Part shown: positions 51,221-63,684 of the stretch, in pieces
Layout: every line of letters begins with the position of its first letter
Position numbering within the stretch: position 1 is the stretch's first letter
Assembly: GCA_051252135.1 (NCBI GenBank)
Contig: JBPOGH010000001.1
Location: 320,001 to 384,000 of the forward strand
DNA length: 64,000 nucleotides
Reading direction: 5' to 3'
Source: Verrucomicrobiaceae bacterium
Lineage (GTDB): Bacteria > Verrucomicrobiota > Verrucomicrobiia > Verrucomicrobiales > Akkermansiaceae
The notes under the pieces: generated by a model
Told to the model about the DNA's origin: nothing
The model's database searches: none
Seen by the model: the letters and a program-made list of their open reading frames with translations, nothing else
Made by a program: the position numbers and the translations under genes

Positions 51221-51805
51221 ATGCGCCGGATTCGCCGCTATATTCTTTGGAGTCTCTTAGCTCTCTTTGCCTACACGGCTTGGCAGCTTTACGACATCCA
51301 ACGGGTAGGCCATCTCGACAGGGATCGCTCTGCCGATTGCGCCATTGTTCTGGGTGCCGCTGCATGGCACACCAAACCATCTCCGGTTCTGAAAGAACGC
51401 CTCAATCACGCCATTGACCTCTTCAAGGCCGGACGCGTCAAAGCCCTGGTCCTCACCGGCGGCTACGGTCAGGGGGCCCCTTTGTCGGAGTCTGAAGTAT
51501 CTTACGATTACTGCGTGGAGGCCGGAATCCCCCGCCACGCCATCCGCATAGAGACCGACTCCGGCACCACCTTTGAAAACCTCACCGAGGCAGCGAAGAT
51601 AATTAAGAGGGAAGGTTGGAGCTCGTCCCTGCTCGTCAGTGACCCCTACCATCTCAAACGCGCAAGGATTATGGCTCGCGATCTCGACCTCTTGGTCTAC
51701 GCCTCCGCAACCCCTTCCTCACGCTTTGAATCAATGGGAGCCCGCACAAAATTTCTTCTTCAAGAATTTGTGATGTTGCACTGGTACCTGATCTCGGGAA
51801 AATAA
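51221..51805 (+). CDS. YdcF/DUF218 (ElyC/SanA-like) protein
   Basis: IVLGA, LTGG, SE, T.EN, SDPYHLKRA. Confidence 0.9.
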   Translation: MRRIRRYILWSLLALFAYTAWQLYDIQRVGHLDRDRSADCAIVLGAAAWHTKPSPVLKERLNHAIDLFKAGRVKALVLTGGYGQGAPLSESEVSYDYCVEAGIPRHAIRIETDSGTTFENLTEAAKIIKREGWSSSLLVSDPYHLKRARIMARDLDLLVYASATPSSRFESMGARTKFLLQEFVMLHWYLISGK

Positions 51806-51809
51806 CCCC

Positions 51810-52484
51810 TTGGAACTTTTTGGAACACCCCATTTATCAATCCTGTTTCTAGGGGCCATCGCGGGCGCCTTCCTCATTGGAATCAGAAGATTGGGAAAAA
51901 CGTGGCCCGTCGCCCTCCTCGCGTTCCTCAACCTCTCTGCATTTGCTCTCAACCAATTCGTCTACTCCACACTCGGGTATGTCATTCCTATGGATAACAT
52001 TCTCCCGTTCCATCTCTGTGACATCGCATCATTCATCGCCGCCGTAGCGCTCCTCACAAGACACCCGCTCGCGTGCGAACTCTGTTTCTGCTGGGGACTG
52101 GCTGGAACCTTGCAAGCACTGGTCACCCCGAATCTCCCCCACTCCTTTCCACACCTCATCTTCTTCAGCTTTTTCATCCACCATGGAGTCATCGTCATCA
52201 CCGCCCTTTTTCTCCCCCTTGCCGAGGGCTGGAGACCGAGGCCGGGGACTTTCCCGCGTATTCTCATCTGGAACCAGATCTATTTTGGGTTCGCGTTGCT
52301 CATCAATTGGCTCGCGGGTACCAATTTTGGTTTTCTCATGAGAAAGCCTCAGGGAGCCACTCCCATCGACTTCTTCGGTCCCTGGCCCTTCTATTGGATC
52401 CCCCTTCAAATAGCAGCCGCCCTTCTGATGGCTCTCACCCTTCTCCCGTTTTCCAGACGAATAAACGTTTGGCGGTTTGAGTGA
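51810..52484 (+). CDS. YwaF/TIGR02206-like integral membrane protein
   Basis: LPFHLC, QALVTP, FIHH, NFGFLMRKP...GPWPFY; TTG start. Confidence 0.85.
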   Translation: MELFGTPHLSILFLGAIAGAFLIGIRRLGKTWPVALLAFLNLSAFALNQFVYSTLGYVIPMDNILPFHLCDIASFIAAVALLTRHPLACELCFCWGLAGTLQALVTPNLPHSFPHLIFFSFFIHHGVIVITALFLPLAEGWRPRPGTFPRILIWNQIYFGFALLINWLAGTNFGFLMRKPQGATPIDFFGPWPFYWIPLQIAAALLMALTLLPFSRRINVWRFE

Positions 52485-52503
52485 ACCAGCGTATGTCGTG
52501 GCC

Positions 52504-53733
52504 ATGAGCGATTCCAAGCCGCCGGCAAAACGCAAACGGGTAAACGTCCGTCGTCCAGATGTCATGGCCCTCGTCCAAGCCGAGGTCGAAAAGCACTACT
52601 ACTCTCCAATCGTCGAAAAACTACGGGATCGCGGTGGTTCGCTCACTTTTGGCAACACCACCGTCCGCCTCGCTGAGCAGTTTGGATTTTGTTACGGAGT
52701 GGAACGGGCCATTGATCTGGCCTACGCCGCCCGTCGGGTATTTCCCGATCAACGAATCTTCCTGATCGGTGAAATCATCCACAACCCCGAGGTCAACCGG
52801 CAGCTGGCCGAGATGAACATTGTCTCCCTTCCCTGGAAGGAAATCACCGAAGATTACGATCAACTGACCGAGGACGATGTCGTGATCGTGCCAGCCTTCG
52901 GAGCCCCGGTCTCCTTTACCGAAAAAATCGAAGAGCAAGGCGCTCACATCATCGACACCACTTGCGGAGACGTCATGAAAGTTTGGCGTCGGGTTCGCAC
53001 CTACGCAAAAGATGGAGTCACCTCAATCATTCACGGAAAGAGGGATCACGAAGAAACTCTCGCGACCGCTTCCCGGGCCATCGGAGAAGACAAGAAGGGC
53101 CATTATTTGGTAATCCTCACCCTTGAGGAGGCCCAAATCGTCACTGACTACATTCGGAACGGCGGAGACCCGGACGCCTTTTTGACTCGTTTTCATAAAG
53201 CTCACTCCGAAGGGTTCAATCCGGATTTACACCTGTCCCAAGTGGGTGTCGCCAATCAAACCACCATGCTGAAAAGTGAAACGGAGGAAATTCAAAAGCG
53301 CGTCCGGGAAGCAATCGTGGAGCGCGATGGGCACGCTGAAAATTTTCGCGTTTTCGATACCATTTGCGGTGCCACCCAGGAACGTCAGGATGCCCTTTTT
53401 GACATGTTGAAAAAACCGATGGACGTCCTCCTCGTTGTCGGTGGATACAACAGCTCGAACACCACCCATCTGGTGGAAATCGGCAACGAAAGTCTTCCCA
53501 CCTACTTCATTCGTGAGGCCTCCTGCCTAAAATCCCTGGAGGACATCGTTCACTTTGACCTCGAACAACATAAAGAGGTCGAATCTCCCAACGTCCTTTC
53601 CGGTTTTGACGATCGCGAGGCAACCATCGGGATCACCGCAGGTGCCTCATGCCCCGCAAATCTGATCGAAGAAACCATCGTCAGGGTTCTCGGCCTTCGG
53701 GGTATTACCCGTGAAATGATTGAAGCTGTTTAG
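52504..53733 (+). CDS. ispH: 4-hydroxy-3-methylbut-2-enyl diphosphate reductase
   Basis: GFCYGV, IIHNP, DTTC, DTICGATQERQ, GGYNSSNT, TAGAS. Confidence 0.95.
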   Translation: MSDSKPPAKRKRVNVRRPDVMALVQAEVEKHYYSPIVEKLRDRGGSLTFGNTTVRLAEQFGFCYGVERAIDLAYAARRVFPDQRIFLIGEIIHNPEVNRQLAEMNIVSLPWKEITEDYDQLTEDDVVIVPAFGAPVSFTEKIEEQGAHIIDTTCGDVMKVWRRVRTYAKDGVTSIIHGKRDHEETLATASRAIGEDKKGHYLVILTLEEAQIVTDYIRNGGDPDAFLTRFHKAHSEGFNPDLHLSQVGVANQTTMLKSETEEIQKRVREAIVERDGHAENFRVFDTICGATQERQDALFDMLKKPMDVLLVVGGYNSSNTTHLVEIGNESLPTYFIREASCLKSLEDIVHFDLEQHKEVESPNVLSGFDDREATIGITAGASCPANLIEETIVRVLGLRGITREMIEAV

Positions 53734-53735
53734 GA

Positions 53736-55397
53736 CTATTTCTTAACCACCTCGATCTTCGCGGCAACTTTTGCAGCAACGTCCTTTTTCCCAAGCTTGA
53801 GAAGAGCTGAACGGTACCCACGCAAGACGTCAATATGATTGGGAATCCGGCGATTGGCCTCCTTATACACCTCCGCAGCCTCCTCGGGATTCCCAATTGC
53901 CAAATAATATTCGGCAAGACGAATCTCGACGGGATAATTGAGACTCGGAGGAAGAAGGTTGCTGGTGAAGGACTGTCGATCGATTGCCGACCTGAACCAA
54001 TTGACCGCAGCCAACTTCATCGCGCCCTCCTCCGACACGGCAATCAGCCCCCTGAGCTCAAACGCTAACACCCCCAGTGTTCTCTTTGCCCTCATCCACT
54101 CGGAGTAAGAACTCGTATTCTTGGCCAATTCGACATCCGTATCGAATGATTTGATCCGCTCAATCAGATCCTGAAAGAGCTTCTTCGCACCCTCACGGTC
54201 GTTGGAAACAAGCGCCTTTCTGGTTCCCAGACAAAACGCAAGAGCGTCTCGATACGTCCGGGCCAATGACTTCTCCTCATACCACTGCTCGGCCGGAAGT
54301 TGATCCAGAAGCCGCAGACCGCCATCAAACTCCTCCTTGCTGCTCCCCATGAACGCCAACCTCCCCCCAAGAGTCCGACCTTCCCAAAGAATCAACGAAG
54401 CACCCTCGGAAAAAACCCGGCCCGCCTCCACCTCAAGCCCTGCAAGCTCACCGGCAATTTTCAAGGCCACCTGCCGATCCCCTTTTACGGCATACTGACA
54501 CGCGGCATACACTTTCGCACGATGCCATCCGCCACAGTCGTAAATGCTCACCTTATCACTCTTCATGTAATCCTCATAAAGGGCCACCGCACGATTACAG
54601 CTGTCTATCGATAGGCTCGCATTACCACATCGTGCTTCAAGATGAGCCAAGGTCAGATGGAACGGAGGATAGTCCGGTTGCAATCGGGCCAGTTTGCGGG
54701 CGAAAGGCAGAACGTCGCTCGAGAGCACCTTGCTTGAACCGGCCCCCTCCGCCTGAACACTCACCCAAAATGCCACCACCGGGATATTTTCGGGATTCGA
54801 CCGAATTAACCGCCCCAACTCCTCGATACACTTTGATTGTCCGGGATTCAGTCCACCCGAGCTATCGTATCCATCGCGCGAGAGAAAACTCCCCCACAAC
54901 CTGGACTGAATATCGTTGGGGAATTTCTTTGATACAGCCAAATAGGTCGCCCCCGAAACCGCAGGGCCATTTGCATAGAGGTGACCCACAGCTTCCGCGT
55001 AACCCTTTTCGATTTCGGTCCCAACTCCTGCTTCCAGCAGATCGAGCATCCGGTCCACTGCCGCCTTCCGCTGATCATAAAATTCGTGCTTCCGCCCTGC
55101 CAGCGACATCGCAACTCCCCAATAGGCCATCATGCAATCGGGATCGGCCTTGGCCGCCGCGCAAAAATGCCGATAGGACTCAAAATCCCAAGGACCAATC
55201 AAATGAGCCATCCCTTGGATCACATGGTTGGCAGCAAGATCGGATTTGCTGCTGATCGCCATCTTATTGACAGAGAATTCCGGACGAATCCGGGGAGCCT
55301 CCAGCTTTTGCACCACCGGGTGGATGACCGTGTTCACATCAAACTCACCCCAGGATGGCCCAGCCAGACAAAGCAGGGCAATTAACAAAATTCGCAT
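53736..55397 (-). CDS. Exported TPR-like helical protein
   Basis: Signal peptide MRILLIALL; DPDCMMAYWG motif; helical repeats. Confidence 0.75.
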   Translation of the reverse strand: MRILLIALLCLAGPSWGEFDVNTVIHPVVQKLEAPRIRPEFSVNKMAISSKSDLAANHVIQGMAHLIGPWDFESYRHFCAAAKADPDCMMAYWGVAMSLAGRKHEFYDQRKAAVDRMLDLLEAGVGTEIEKGYAEAVGHLYANGPAVSGATYLAVSKKFPNDIQSRLWGSFLSRDGYDSSGGLNPGQSKCIEELGRLIRSNPENIPVVAFWVSVQAEGAGSSKVLSSDVLPFARKLARLQPDYPPFHLTLAHLEARCGNASLSIDSCNRAVALYEDYMKSDKVSIYDCGGWHRAKVYAACQYAVKGDRQVALKIAGELAGLEVEAGRVFSEGASLILWEGRTLGGRLAFMGSSKEEFDGGLRLLDQLPAEQWYEEKSLARTYRDALAFCLGTRKALVSNDREGAKKLFQDLIERIKSFDTDVELAKNTSSYSEWMRAKRTLGVLAFELRGLIAVSEEGAMKLAAVNWFRSAIDRQSFTSNLLPPSLNYPVEIRLAEYYLAIGNPEEAAEVYKEANRRIPNHIDVLRGYRSALLKLGKKDVAAKVAAKIEVVKK

Positions 55398-55479
55398 ATC
55401 CTGTTCTTGTCGAAAAGTCTCACCCTTGGCAATGCCTTTCCCTCGACAGAACGCCCCACCTCCGGTTGACTTGGACCCA

Positions 55480-56289
55480 ATGAAGGTTGCACTGATTGGT
55501 TGTGGAAAAATGGGGCAGGCCCTTGCCTCGGGCTCGGTAAATTCGGGGGCTCTAAAACCCGACCAGCTTTTCTTGTATGATCCTGTTTCAGCAGCAATCG
55601 ATGCTCTCCTTGAAACGATCCCCGACGCCCATCGATGCGCAACCTTGGAGGAAGCGATCACTCAGGCTGACACCCTCCTCATTTGCGTGAAGCCCGGGGA
55701 CGTCTCCGCGGTGATGGAGTGGGTCTCCCAATCGGGTAAGAGTGCACCCGACCTTCTGGCCATCTCAATTGCCGCAGGAGTTCCCATTGCTGCCATGACC
55801 GAAGCCTGTCGCGGAAAAGCCCGCATCGTCCGGGTAATGCCCAACACACCCTGCCTCGTAGGTGAAGGAGCGGCAGCATTCTCCCTGGGTGACAATGCGA
55901 CTGAAGATGATTCAGCACTTATCAAATCACTCCTCGGCTCGGTCGGACTCGTCATCCAGGTTAAGGAACCCTTGCTTGATGCCGTGACCGGGCTCTCCGG
56001 TAGTGGGCCGGCCTATGTGTTCACCATGATCGAAGCTCTCGCTGACGGCGGCCTGCTGGAAGGACTCCCCCGTGATCAGGCTCTCGCTTTGGCCACCCAA
56101 ACAGTACTCGGGGCAGCCAAACTTGTCTCTGAAACGGGACTGCTCCCCGCAGAGCTTCGGGACCGTGTCACCTCCCCGGGCGGTACCACCATCGCGGGGC
56201 TGGCCGCCCTCGAAAGAGGGAATTTTAGATCCTCCGTGATCAGCGCGGTGAGCACCGCAACGGAACGATCCCGTGAATTGGGCCGCTAA
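55480..56289 (+). CDS. proC: Pyrroline-5-carboxylate reductase
   Basis: GCGKMG, VKP, RVMPNTP, SGSGPAY, VTSPGGTT. Confidence 0.96.
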   Translation: MKVALIGCGKMGQALASGSVNSGALKPDQLFLYDPVSAAIDALLETIPDAHRCATLEEAITQADTLLICVKPGDVSAVMEWVSQSGKSAPDLLAISIAAGVPIAAMTEACRGKARIVRVMPNTPCLVGEGAAAFSLGDNATEDDSALIKSLLGSVGLVIQVKEPLLDAVTGLSGSGPAYVFTMIEALADGGLLEGLPRDQALALATQTVLGAAKLVSETGLLPAELRDRVTSPGGTTIAGLAALERGNFRSSVISAVSTATERSRELGR

Positions 56290-56357
56290 ATCGCCCCACA
56301 ACTTCCGCTTTTTACTTCCTCTCCCATTTTTCCCGGAACACCCTATCCCCCGCCCGA

Positions 56358-58383
<2,026 letters not shown>

Positions 58384-58401
58384 GGCTGAGCCCTCCCGGC
58401 C

Positions 58402-59214
58402 ATGAGGCCCCTAAATTTTATCGCTCTCCTGCTTTTCTTGGCAGGCACGGTGTGGGTTTTTACCCTCAGCGAGGTCGCAGTGCGTAAAATTCAGAAGGGC
58501 TACTATTCCGCAATCACCCCTTTCATTTCAAAGGGTGGAGATGTCGAGGTGTTCGCCAACAACTTCATTCAGGAGGTCCAACATTCGGAAGACCTGGAGA
58601 AAGAGCTGGATCAGGCATTGCGTGAGCGTGATCGCTTTAAGCTCATTGCCTCACGCGTTCGCGAGTTGGAGGTCGAGAACAACGAACTCCGTAGCGCTCT
58701 CAACTTTAAGAAGCAATCCGAGTTTGATGTTGTCGCTGCCCGCGTCGTCCGCAGGCAGGCCCTCACTTGGGGAAACACCATCGAGATCAACCGCGGAGCT
58801 AATGATCACATCGGAGTATCTCTCTGTGTTTTGGCGTCAAATGGTGGACTGGTTGGACGCATCAATGAACCGGGGGATGATATCTCCTCGGTAATTTTGA
58901 TCACCGACGAACTATCTCAGGTATCCGCCCGTGTGGAAGGAACCTCAGAGGTCGGAATCCTCGTTGGCCAGCGAACAAATTACGGCGAGACGCCCCGGTT
59001 GCGTCTGCGCTACCTCTCAAAAAACGCCATTCTTCAAAAAGGAATGAAAGTTTATACCGACGGGCGGGGAAAGCTTTTCCCTGCGGATATTCCAATCGGA
59101 ACGATCGAAGACTTTGAGCCAGGTCCGGTATACGGCGAGGCTGAAATCAAGCCAGCTGTGGACTTCAATAACCTCAAGACTGTCTTCGTGATCACCGACC
59201 CACCAGGCGATTGA
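58402..59214 (+). CDS. mreC: Rod shape-determining protein MreC
   Basis: TM helix, coiled coil ENNELR, GLVGRI, FPADIPIG; position after mreB. Confidence 0.92.
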   Translation: MRPLNFIALLLFLAGTVWVFTLSEVAVRKIQKGYYSAITPFISKGGDVEVFANNFIQEVQHSEDLEKELDQALRERDRFKLIASRVRELEVENNELRSALNFKKQSEFDVVAARVVRRQALTWGNTIEINRGANDHIGVSLCVLASNGGLVGRINEPGDDISSVILITDELSQVSARVEGTSEVGILVGQRTNYGETPRLRLRYLSKNAILQKGMKVYTDGRGKLFPADIPIGTIEDFEPGPVYGEAEIKPAVDFNNLKTVFVITDPPGD

Positions 59215-59225
59215 TCCACGAAACT

Positions 59226-59801
59226 ATGTTCTTTTATCACATCAGTCTCATTGGCCTGCTTTTGCTCAGCTGTATTGTCCAGCAGTTCCTTCCGGCCATC
59301 AGCATCTGGAATGACGCTCGGGTCCTCCTCCTGCCCCTTGTCGTTGTCTGCGGAGCGGCCACCGTGCCAACCGCCAGCATGCTTCTACTGGCTTTCCTCG
59401 GCGGGTTCCTCTGGGACGCACAACAGGTCCTCCTCCCCTCGGTTGTGGATGAAGTCGTCTACCACAGCCCAACTGAAGGGATGAAGTTTGGCTACTCCAT
59501 TCTCCTTTATGCTCTCATGGGTTTCCTGATGCAGGGAATCCAACCTCTCTTCAAACAGGGAAAATGGTATCTTTCAGCAATCCTCACCGGAGTCGCCATC
59601 TTCCTCTATCTTTCCGTGGAATACCTCCTCTTCAGCTTCATCAGGGGCGGATTTGACCTTTCCAATGGAGTCTTAAAGCAAATCTCGATGTCCGCCCTCC
59701 TGACGATGCTCGTTTCCCCTATTATCTTCTGGGCCCTATTCCAAATCGCAAACCTTTGCAGACATGAAATTAGCTACGACTCGCTTCGTAGTCGCTACTA
59801 A
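59226..59801 (+). CDS. mreD: MreD-like membrane protein
   Basis: Polytopic, with GFLWD motif; lies between mreC and PBP2. Confidence 0.7.
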   Translation: MFFYHISLIGLLLLSCIVQQFLPAISIWNDARVLLLPLVVVCGAATVPTASMLLLAFLGGFLWDAQQVLLPSVVDEVVYHSPTEGMKFGYSILLYALMGFLMQGIQPLFKQGKWYLSAILTGVAIFLYLSVEYLLFSFIRGGFDLSNGVLKQISMSALLTMLVSPIIFWALFQIANLCRHEISYDSLRSRY

Positions 59802-59815
59802 CTTCTTACAATTCC

Positions 59816-61978
59816 ATGGAACCAAAATATCGCTTCAGACTTTACCTCCTTACCGCCCTGGTTTTGGTCGGTTGCGGAACCCTTTTGTCACAGCTCTACG
59901 AGTTCCAGATTGAAAATCGCGCTCGCTTCGTCGCCAATATCCCCACCACCCATACCGTAAGCGTCCGGGAACCCGGTGTCCGTGGTGAAATCACTGATCG
60001 CAACGGAACAGTCCTGGCTCGTAACAGACGGAGCTATGAGGTGGTCTTTAATCTCGAAGACATCTACCGGAACTGGCAGCTTCAGCACAATAAAGGTCCC
60101 CAACCCGAACTCGAGGAGACCGTCATGGGCCCGGGTGGCATGCCGGTAAAACGGACAAAAAAAGACATCGTCAAGATTGTCAACGAGTGGGTGATCCCCC
60201 GTATCGAATCTTACGGACTCGGAGGAAAACGCTTCAGTCGCGCGCTCAAAACCCATTATGAAACTCATGGCGGATTGGTCCCGTTCACCTACCGCACGGA
60301 CCTCGACTACGACGAATTTGCCCAACTGGCCGAGCGCAGCCTCGATCTCCCCGGTGTTTCGGTGACCGTCAGACCAAGACGGATTTACCCCTACGGCTCC
60401 CTCGCCTGCCACGTTCTTGGAATGGTCAACCAGTGGAAAAATGGCGATATCCCCGATGAATATCGCAAACCACGGATGCACTATCAGGGCGATGACTATG
60501 GCGAGGCCGGAGTCGAAGCCACCATGAACGACCTTTTGAAAGGCGAAGGCGGAATGCGCGTCTATGTACGTAACGAAAAGAACAAAGTCATCGCCGTAGA
60601 AGACTACACCCCTCCCCGCGAAGGCGCCCGTATTGAGCTCACTCTGGATTCCAACATTCAATATGTCGTTGAAAATGTTCTCCGCCGAATCGGCCGCGGT
60701 GCCGCCGTTGTAATGGACCCCGGCACCGGTGAGGTCCTGGCCATGGCTTCCGTTCCCAACTTCGACCCCAACGATTTCGTTCCCAGTATTTCCGACGAGC
60801 AATGGAAGGTCTACCTCGCCAATAAGGCTGACCCCTTCATCAATCGTGCCATCTCGCCGTATACCCCCGGATCCACCTACAAACTTCCCACCGCCATCGC
60901 CGCCATCCGTCACGGCCAGGTCGGTTACGGGCACAACTGCATCGGCTACACGCCATTCGGCAAGCTCCGTATCAAATGCTGGAAAACTGGTGGCCACGGA
61001 CCGCTTGGGCTAAGCGAAGCCATTCAACGTTCCTGTAACCCCTATTTCATGTCCCTCGCCGGCGACCTTCGATCAAAGGCCATGGTGGATACTTTCGACC
61101 TTCTCGGACTCGGGCGTCCCACGGGAATCCGGCTCCCCAATGAAAATGCCGGCATCGTCACCGGGAGCAAATTTTGGAGCCGCGAAATCAAACCCGGAGC
61201 CATCATGACTCCGGCCACCTTGGCCCAGATGGCAATCGGCCAGAGCGACTCGATGGCCACCCCGCTTCAAATGTGCTCGGTCGTAGCTACCATCGCCAAC
61301 GGCGGGCGCTATTACCAACCCCGCATTATTCGCAAAGCGATTGGCACAGACGAATCAGGGAACGAAAAAGTCTTCATCGAAAACATTCCCGTCGTAAAAC
61401 AAGACCTGCTGAAAGAAGGGGTGACCGAGCACAGGCTCGAAGTGATTCGAAAGGGAATGTGGAAAGCCGTCAATGAACAAGGAGGAACCGCTCAGCGGGT
61501 TGCCCTCAAGGACGTCTTCGTGGCCGCCAAGACCGGCACAGCCCAGACAGGCCAAACAAAAGGCGATAAAAATAACGCATGGACCGTTTCGTTCGCTCCC
61601 TATGACAATCCCCGCTACGCCATTTGCGTCATGGTTCGAAATGGCGGGAGTGGTGGTGCCGTAGCCGGGACCTTGTCCCACCTGATTTACCGGGGGATTT
61701 TCGCCATGGAAAATGGCAGCGTCCCCCGCCTTACCAAAATGGGCCTCCACGAAGGCCATTTCGACTTCATTGCCACCCTCGAACTCCCCCCGGGGGACGA
61801 ACTCCCCTTTCAAGTCGAAGACCTCGGCGAAACCGGCAATGAAGTCGACGAAGAACTTCTCCAAGAACGCACCCCTGTAAAAGTCACCCCCAATACCGCT
61901 CCTCTTCCCTCAATCACCCCCGTGGCAGACTCCGAAAAGAAGCCTGCCCGGGCCACCATTGTTGAAGAAGACGAGTGA
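59816..61978 (+). CDS. mrdA: Penicillin-binding protein 2 (class B)
   Basis: RGEITDRNG, RIYP, STYK, SCN, KTG. Confidence 0.92.
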   Translation: MEPKYRFRLYLLTALVLVGCGTLLSQLYEFQIENRARFVANIPTTHTVSVREPGVRGEITDRNGTVLARNRRSYEVVFNLEDIYRNWQLQHNKGPQPELEETVMGPGGMPVKRTKKDIVKIVNEWVIPRIESYGLGGKRFSRALKTHYETHGGLVPFTYRTDLDYDEFAQLAERSLDLPGVSVTVRPRRIYPYGSLACHVLGMVNQWKNGDIPDEYRKPRMHYQGDDYGEAGVEATMNDLLKGEGGMRVYVRNEKNKVIAVEDYTPPREGARIELTLDSNIQYVVENVLRRIGRGAAVVMDPGTGEVLAMASVPNFDPNDFVPSISDEQWKVYLANKADPFINRAISPYTPGSTYKLPTAIAAIRHGQVGYGHNCIGYTPFGKLRIKCWKTGGHGPLGLSEAIQRSCNPYFMSLAGDLRSKAMVDTFDLLGLGRPTGIRLPNENAGIVTGSKFWSREIKPGAIMTPATLAQMAIGQSDSMATPLQMCSVVATIANGGRYYQPRIIRKAIGTDESGNEKVFIENIPVVKQDLLKEGVTEHRLEVIRKGMWKAVNEQGGTAQRVALKDVFVAAKTGTAQTGQTKGDKNNAWTVSFAPYDNPRYAICVMVRNGGSGGAVAGTLSHLIYRGIFAMENGSVPRLTKMGLHEGHFDFIATLELPPGDELPFQVEDLGETGNEVDEELLQERTPVKVTPNTAPLPSITPVADSEKKPARATIVEEDE

Positions 61979-62021
61979 CCTCACACCTCATTAATCTTTC
62001 ACATTAGAAAATTCATCAAAC

Positions 62022-63614
62022 ATGATTAAACGAATCCGTAACGTGCTCGGACTGGGCAATCCAGACCCCAATTCCGGCCGCACTATTGTCATCAACTCCG
62101 AACGCCTTGAACGGCGTGTCGCCCTCCTCGAGGACGGTATTTTGGAAGAATACAATGTCGAACGCGAAGGCGACGACAACATCGTCGGAGGCATCTTCAA
62201 AGGCCGGGTCAAAAACATCGAACCTGGCCTCAAGGCAATGTTCGTTGACATTGGCATGGACAAAAACGCCTTCCTTCACTTCTGGGATGCCATTCCTGCT
62301 GCTCTTGACGGTGGTCTTGAGGAGATCCGTCGCGACGGACGCCCCAAGAAGAAGCAGAAAAAAATCACCTCCAAAGACATCCCGAACATCTACCCCGTGG
62401 GATCGGAGATCATGATTCAGGTCTCCAAAGGGCCGATCGGCAACAAAGGACCGCGAGTCACAACCAATGTCTCCATGGCCGGACGGTATCTCGTCCTGAT
62501 GCCCTTCTCCGACCAATTTGGTATCTCACGTAAGATCGACGATCCCAAGGAACGACAGCGTCTCCGCAAGATCATGCAGAAGCTCAGCGTCCCCGAGGGC
62601 ATGGGAATCATCATGCGCACCGTCGCGATCGGAACTCGTGCCCGCCACTTCGTGAGGGACCTCGCGATGCTTCTGGATCAATGGTATGAGATTGAGGAAA
62701 AGCGCGATTCAAAGTCCGCTCCCGTTGCCTGTTTCCGTGAACCCGATCTTGTGGAAGGAACCGCCCGCGACTTCCTCACCGACGATGTCGACAAGGTCAT
62801 CTGCGACGATGAAAAAACCACTGAGTTCGTTCAGGAAATCGCCTCCAAGGTTTCCCGTCGCGCCAAACGGCGCATTCACTACCTACCCGGAAAACAAACC
62901 ATTTTTGAGCGCTACGGCATTCAAAAGCAAATTGACGAAGCCTTCATGCGTCAGGTCTGGCTTCCGTGCGGCGGCTACATCGTGATCGATGAAACCGAAG
63001 CCCTCATTTCCGTCGACGTCAACACGGGCCGTAATCGCGGCTCCAAGGACGTCGACAAAATGCTCCTTCAAACAAACATTGAAGCTGCGGTCGAAGTGGC
63101 ACGTCAACTCCGGTTGCGAAACATCGGAGGCTTGGTGGTTGTCGACTTCATTGACATGCGCCATCGCCGCGATCAACAGGCGGTTTACCGCACGATGAAG
63201 GACCGATTGTCACGTGATAAGGCCAAGACACAGGTCCTTCAGATTTCCTCGGTCGGCCTGATGGAAATGACCCGTCAACGCCTCAATGAGAGCCTTCTGG
63301 ATTCCACCTTGGAGCCTTGCCCTTACTGTCAGGGACGCGGTCGCATCAAGAACACAATGAGCATGAGCATTGAGATCCAACGGCGCCTCAACACCGTAAT
63401 CCAGCGCCAGCAGGAAAACGAAGATCCCGGCGACCTCGTGGTTGTCGTCAACTCCGACGTCCTCAATCGATTCAAGACCGAGGATTCCAAACTCCTCCGC
63501 GAACTTGAGCGCTCCCACGCCGGACGCCTCATCTTCCGCAGCGATGCCGGAATGCACCGCGAGCGCTTTTCCATCATCGATGCGAAGAGCGAAAAGATTC
63601 TGGTGCAAAGCTAA
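62022..63614 (+). CDS. Rne/Rng family ribonuclease
   Basis: S1 domain AMFVDIG; DVNTG; RLRNIGG..VVDFIDM; CPYC Zn link. Confidence 0.95.
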   Translation: MIKRIRNVLGLGNPDPNSGRTIVINSERLERRVALLEDGILEEYNVEREGDDNIVGGIFKGRVKNIEPGLKAMFVDIGMDKNAFLHFWDAIPAALDGGLEEIRRDGRPKKKQKKITSKDIPNIYPVGSEIMIQVSKGPIGNKGPRVTTNVSMAGRYLVLMPFSDQFGISRKIDDPKERQRLRKIMQKLSVPEGMGIIMRTVAIGTRARHFVRDLAMLLDQWYEIEEKRDSKSAPVACFREPDLVEGTARDFLTDDVDKVICDDEKTTEFVQEIASKVSRRAKRRIHYLPGKQTIFERYGIQKQIDEAFMRQVWLPCGGYIVIDETEALISVDVNTGRNRGSKDVDKMLLQTNIEAAVEVARQLRLRNIGGLVVVDFIDMRHRRDQQAVYRTMKDRLSRDKAKTQVLQISSVGLMEMTRQRLNESLLDSTLEPCPYCQGRGRIKNTMSMSIEIQRRLNTVIQRQQENEDPGDLVVVVNSDVLNRFKTEDSKLLRELERSHAGRLIFRSDAGMHRERFSIIDAKSEKILVQS

Positions 63615-63628
63615 CGCTCCTTCACAAG

Positions 63629-63668
63629 AAAGCCGCAGAGTCCTTTGACTCTGCGGCTTTTTTATTTT
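63629..63668 (+). terminator. Bidirectional-type terminator
   Basis: AAAGCCGCAGAGTC-CTTT-GACTCTGCGGCTTTTTT. Confidence 0.88.
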
Positions 63669-63684
63669 GAAGAACCGGCAGATG

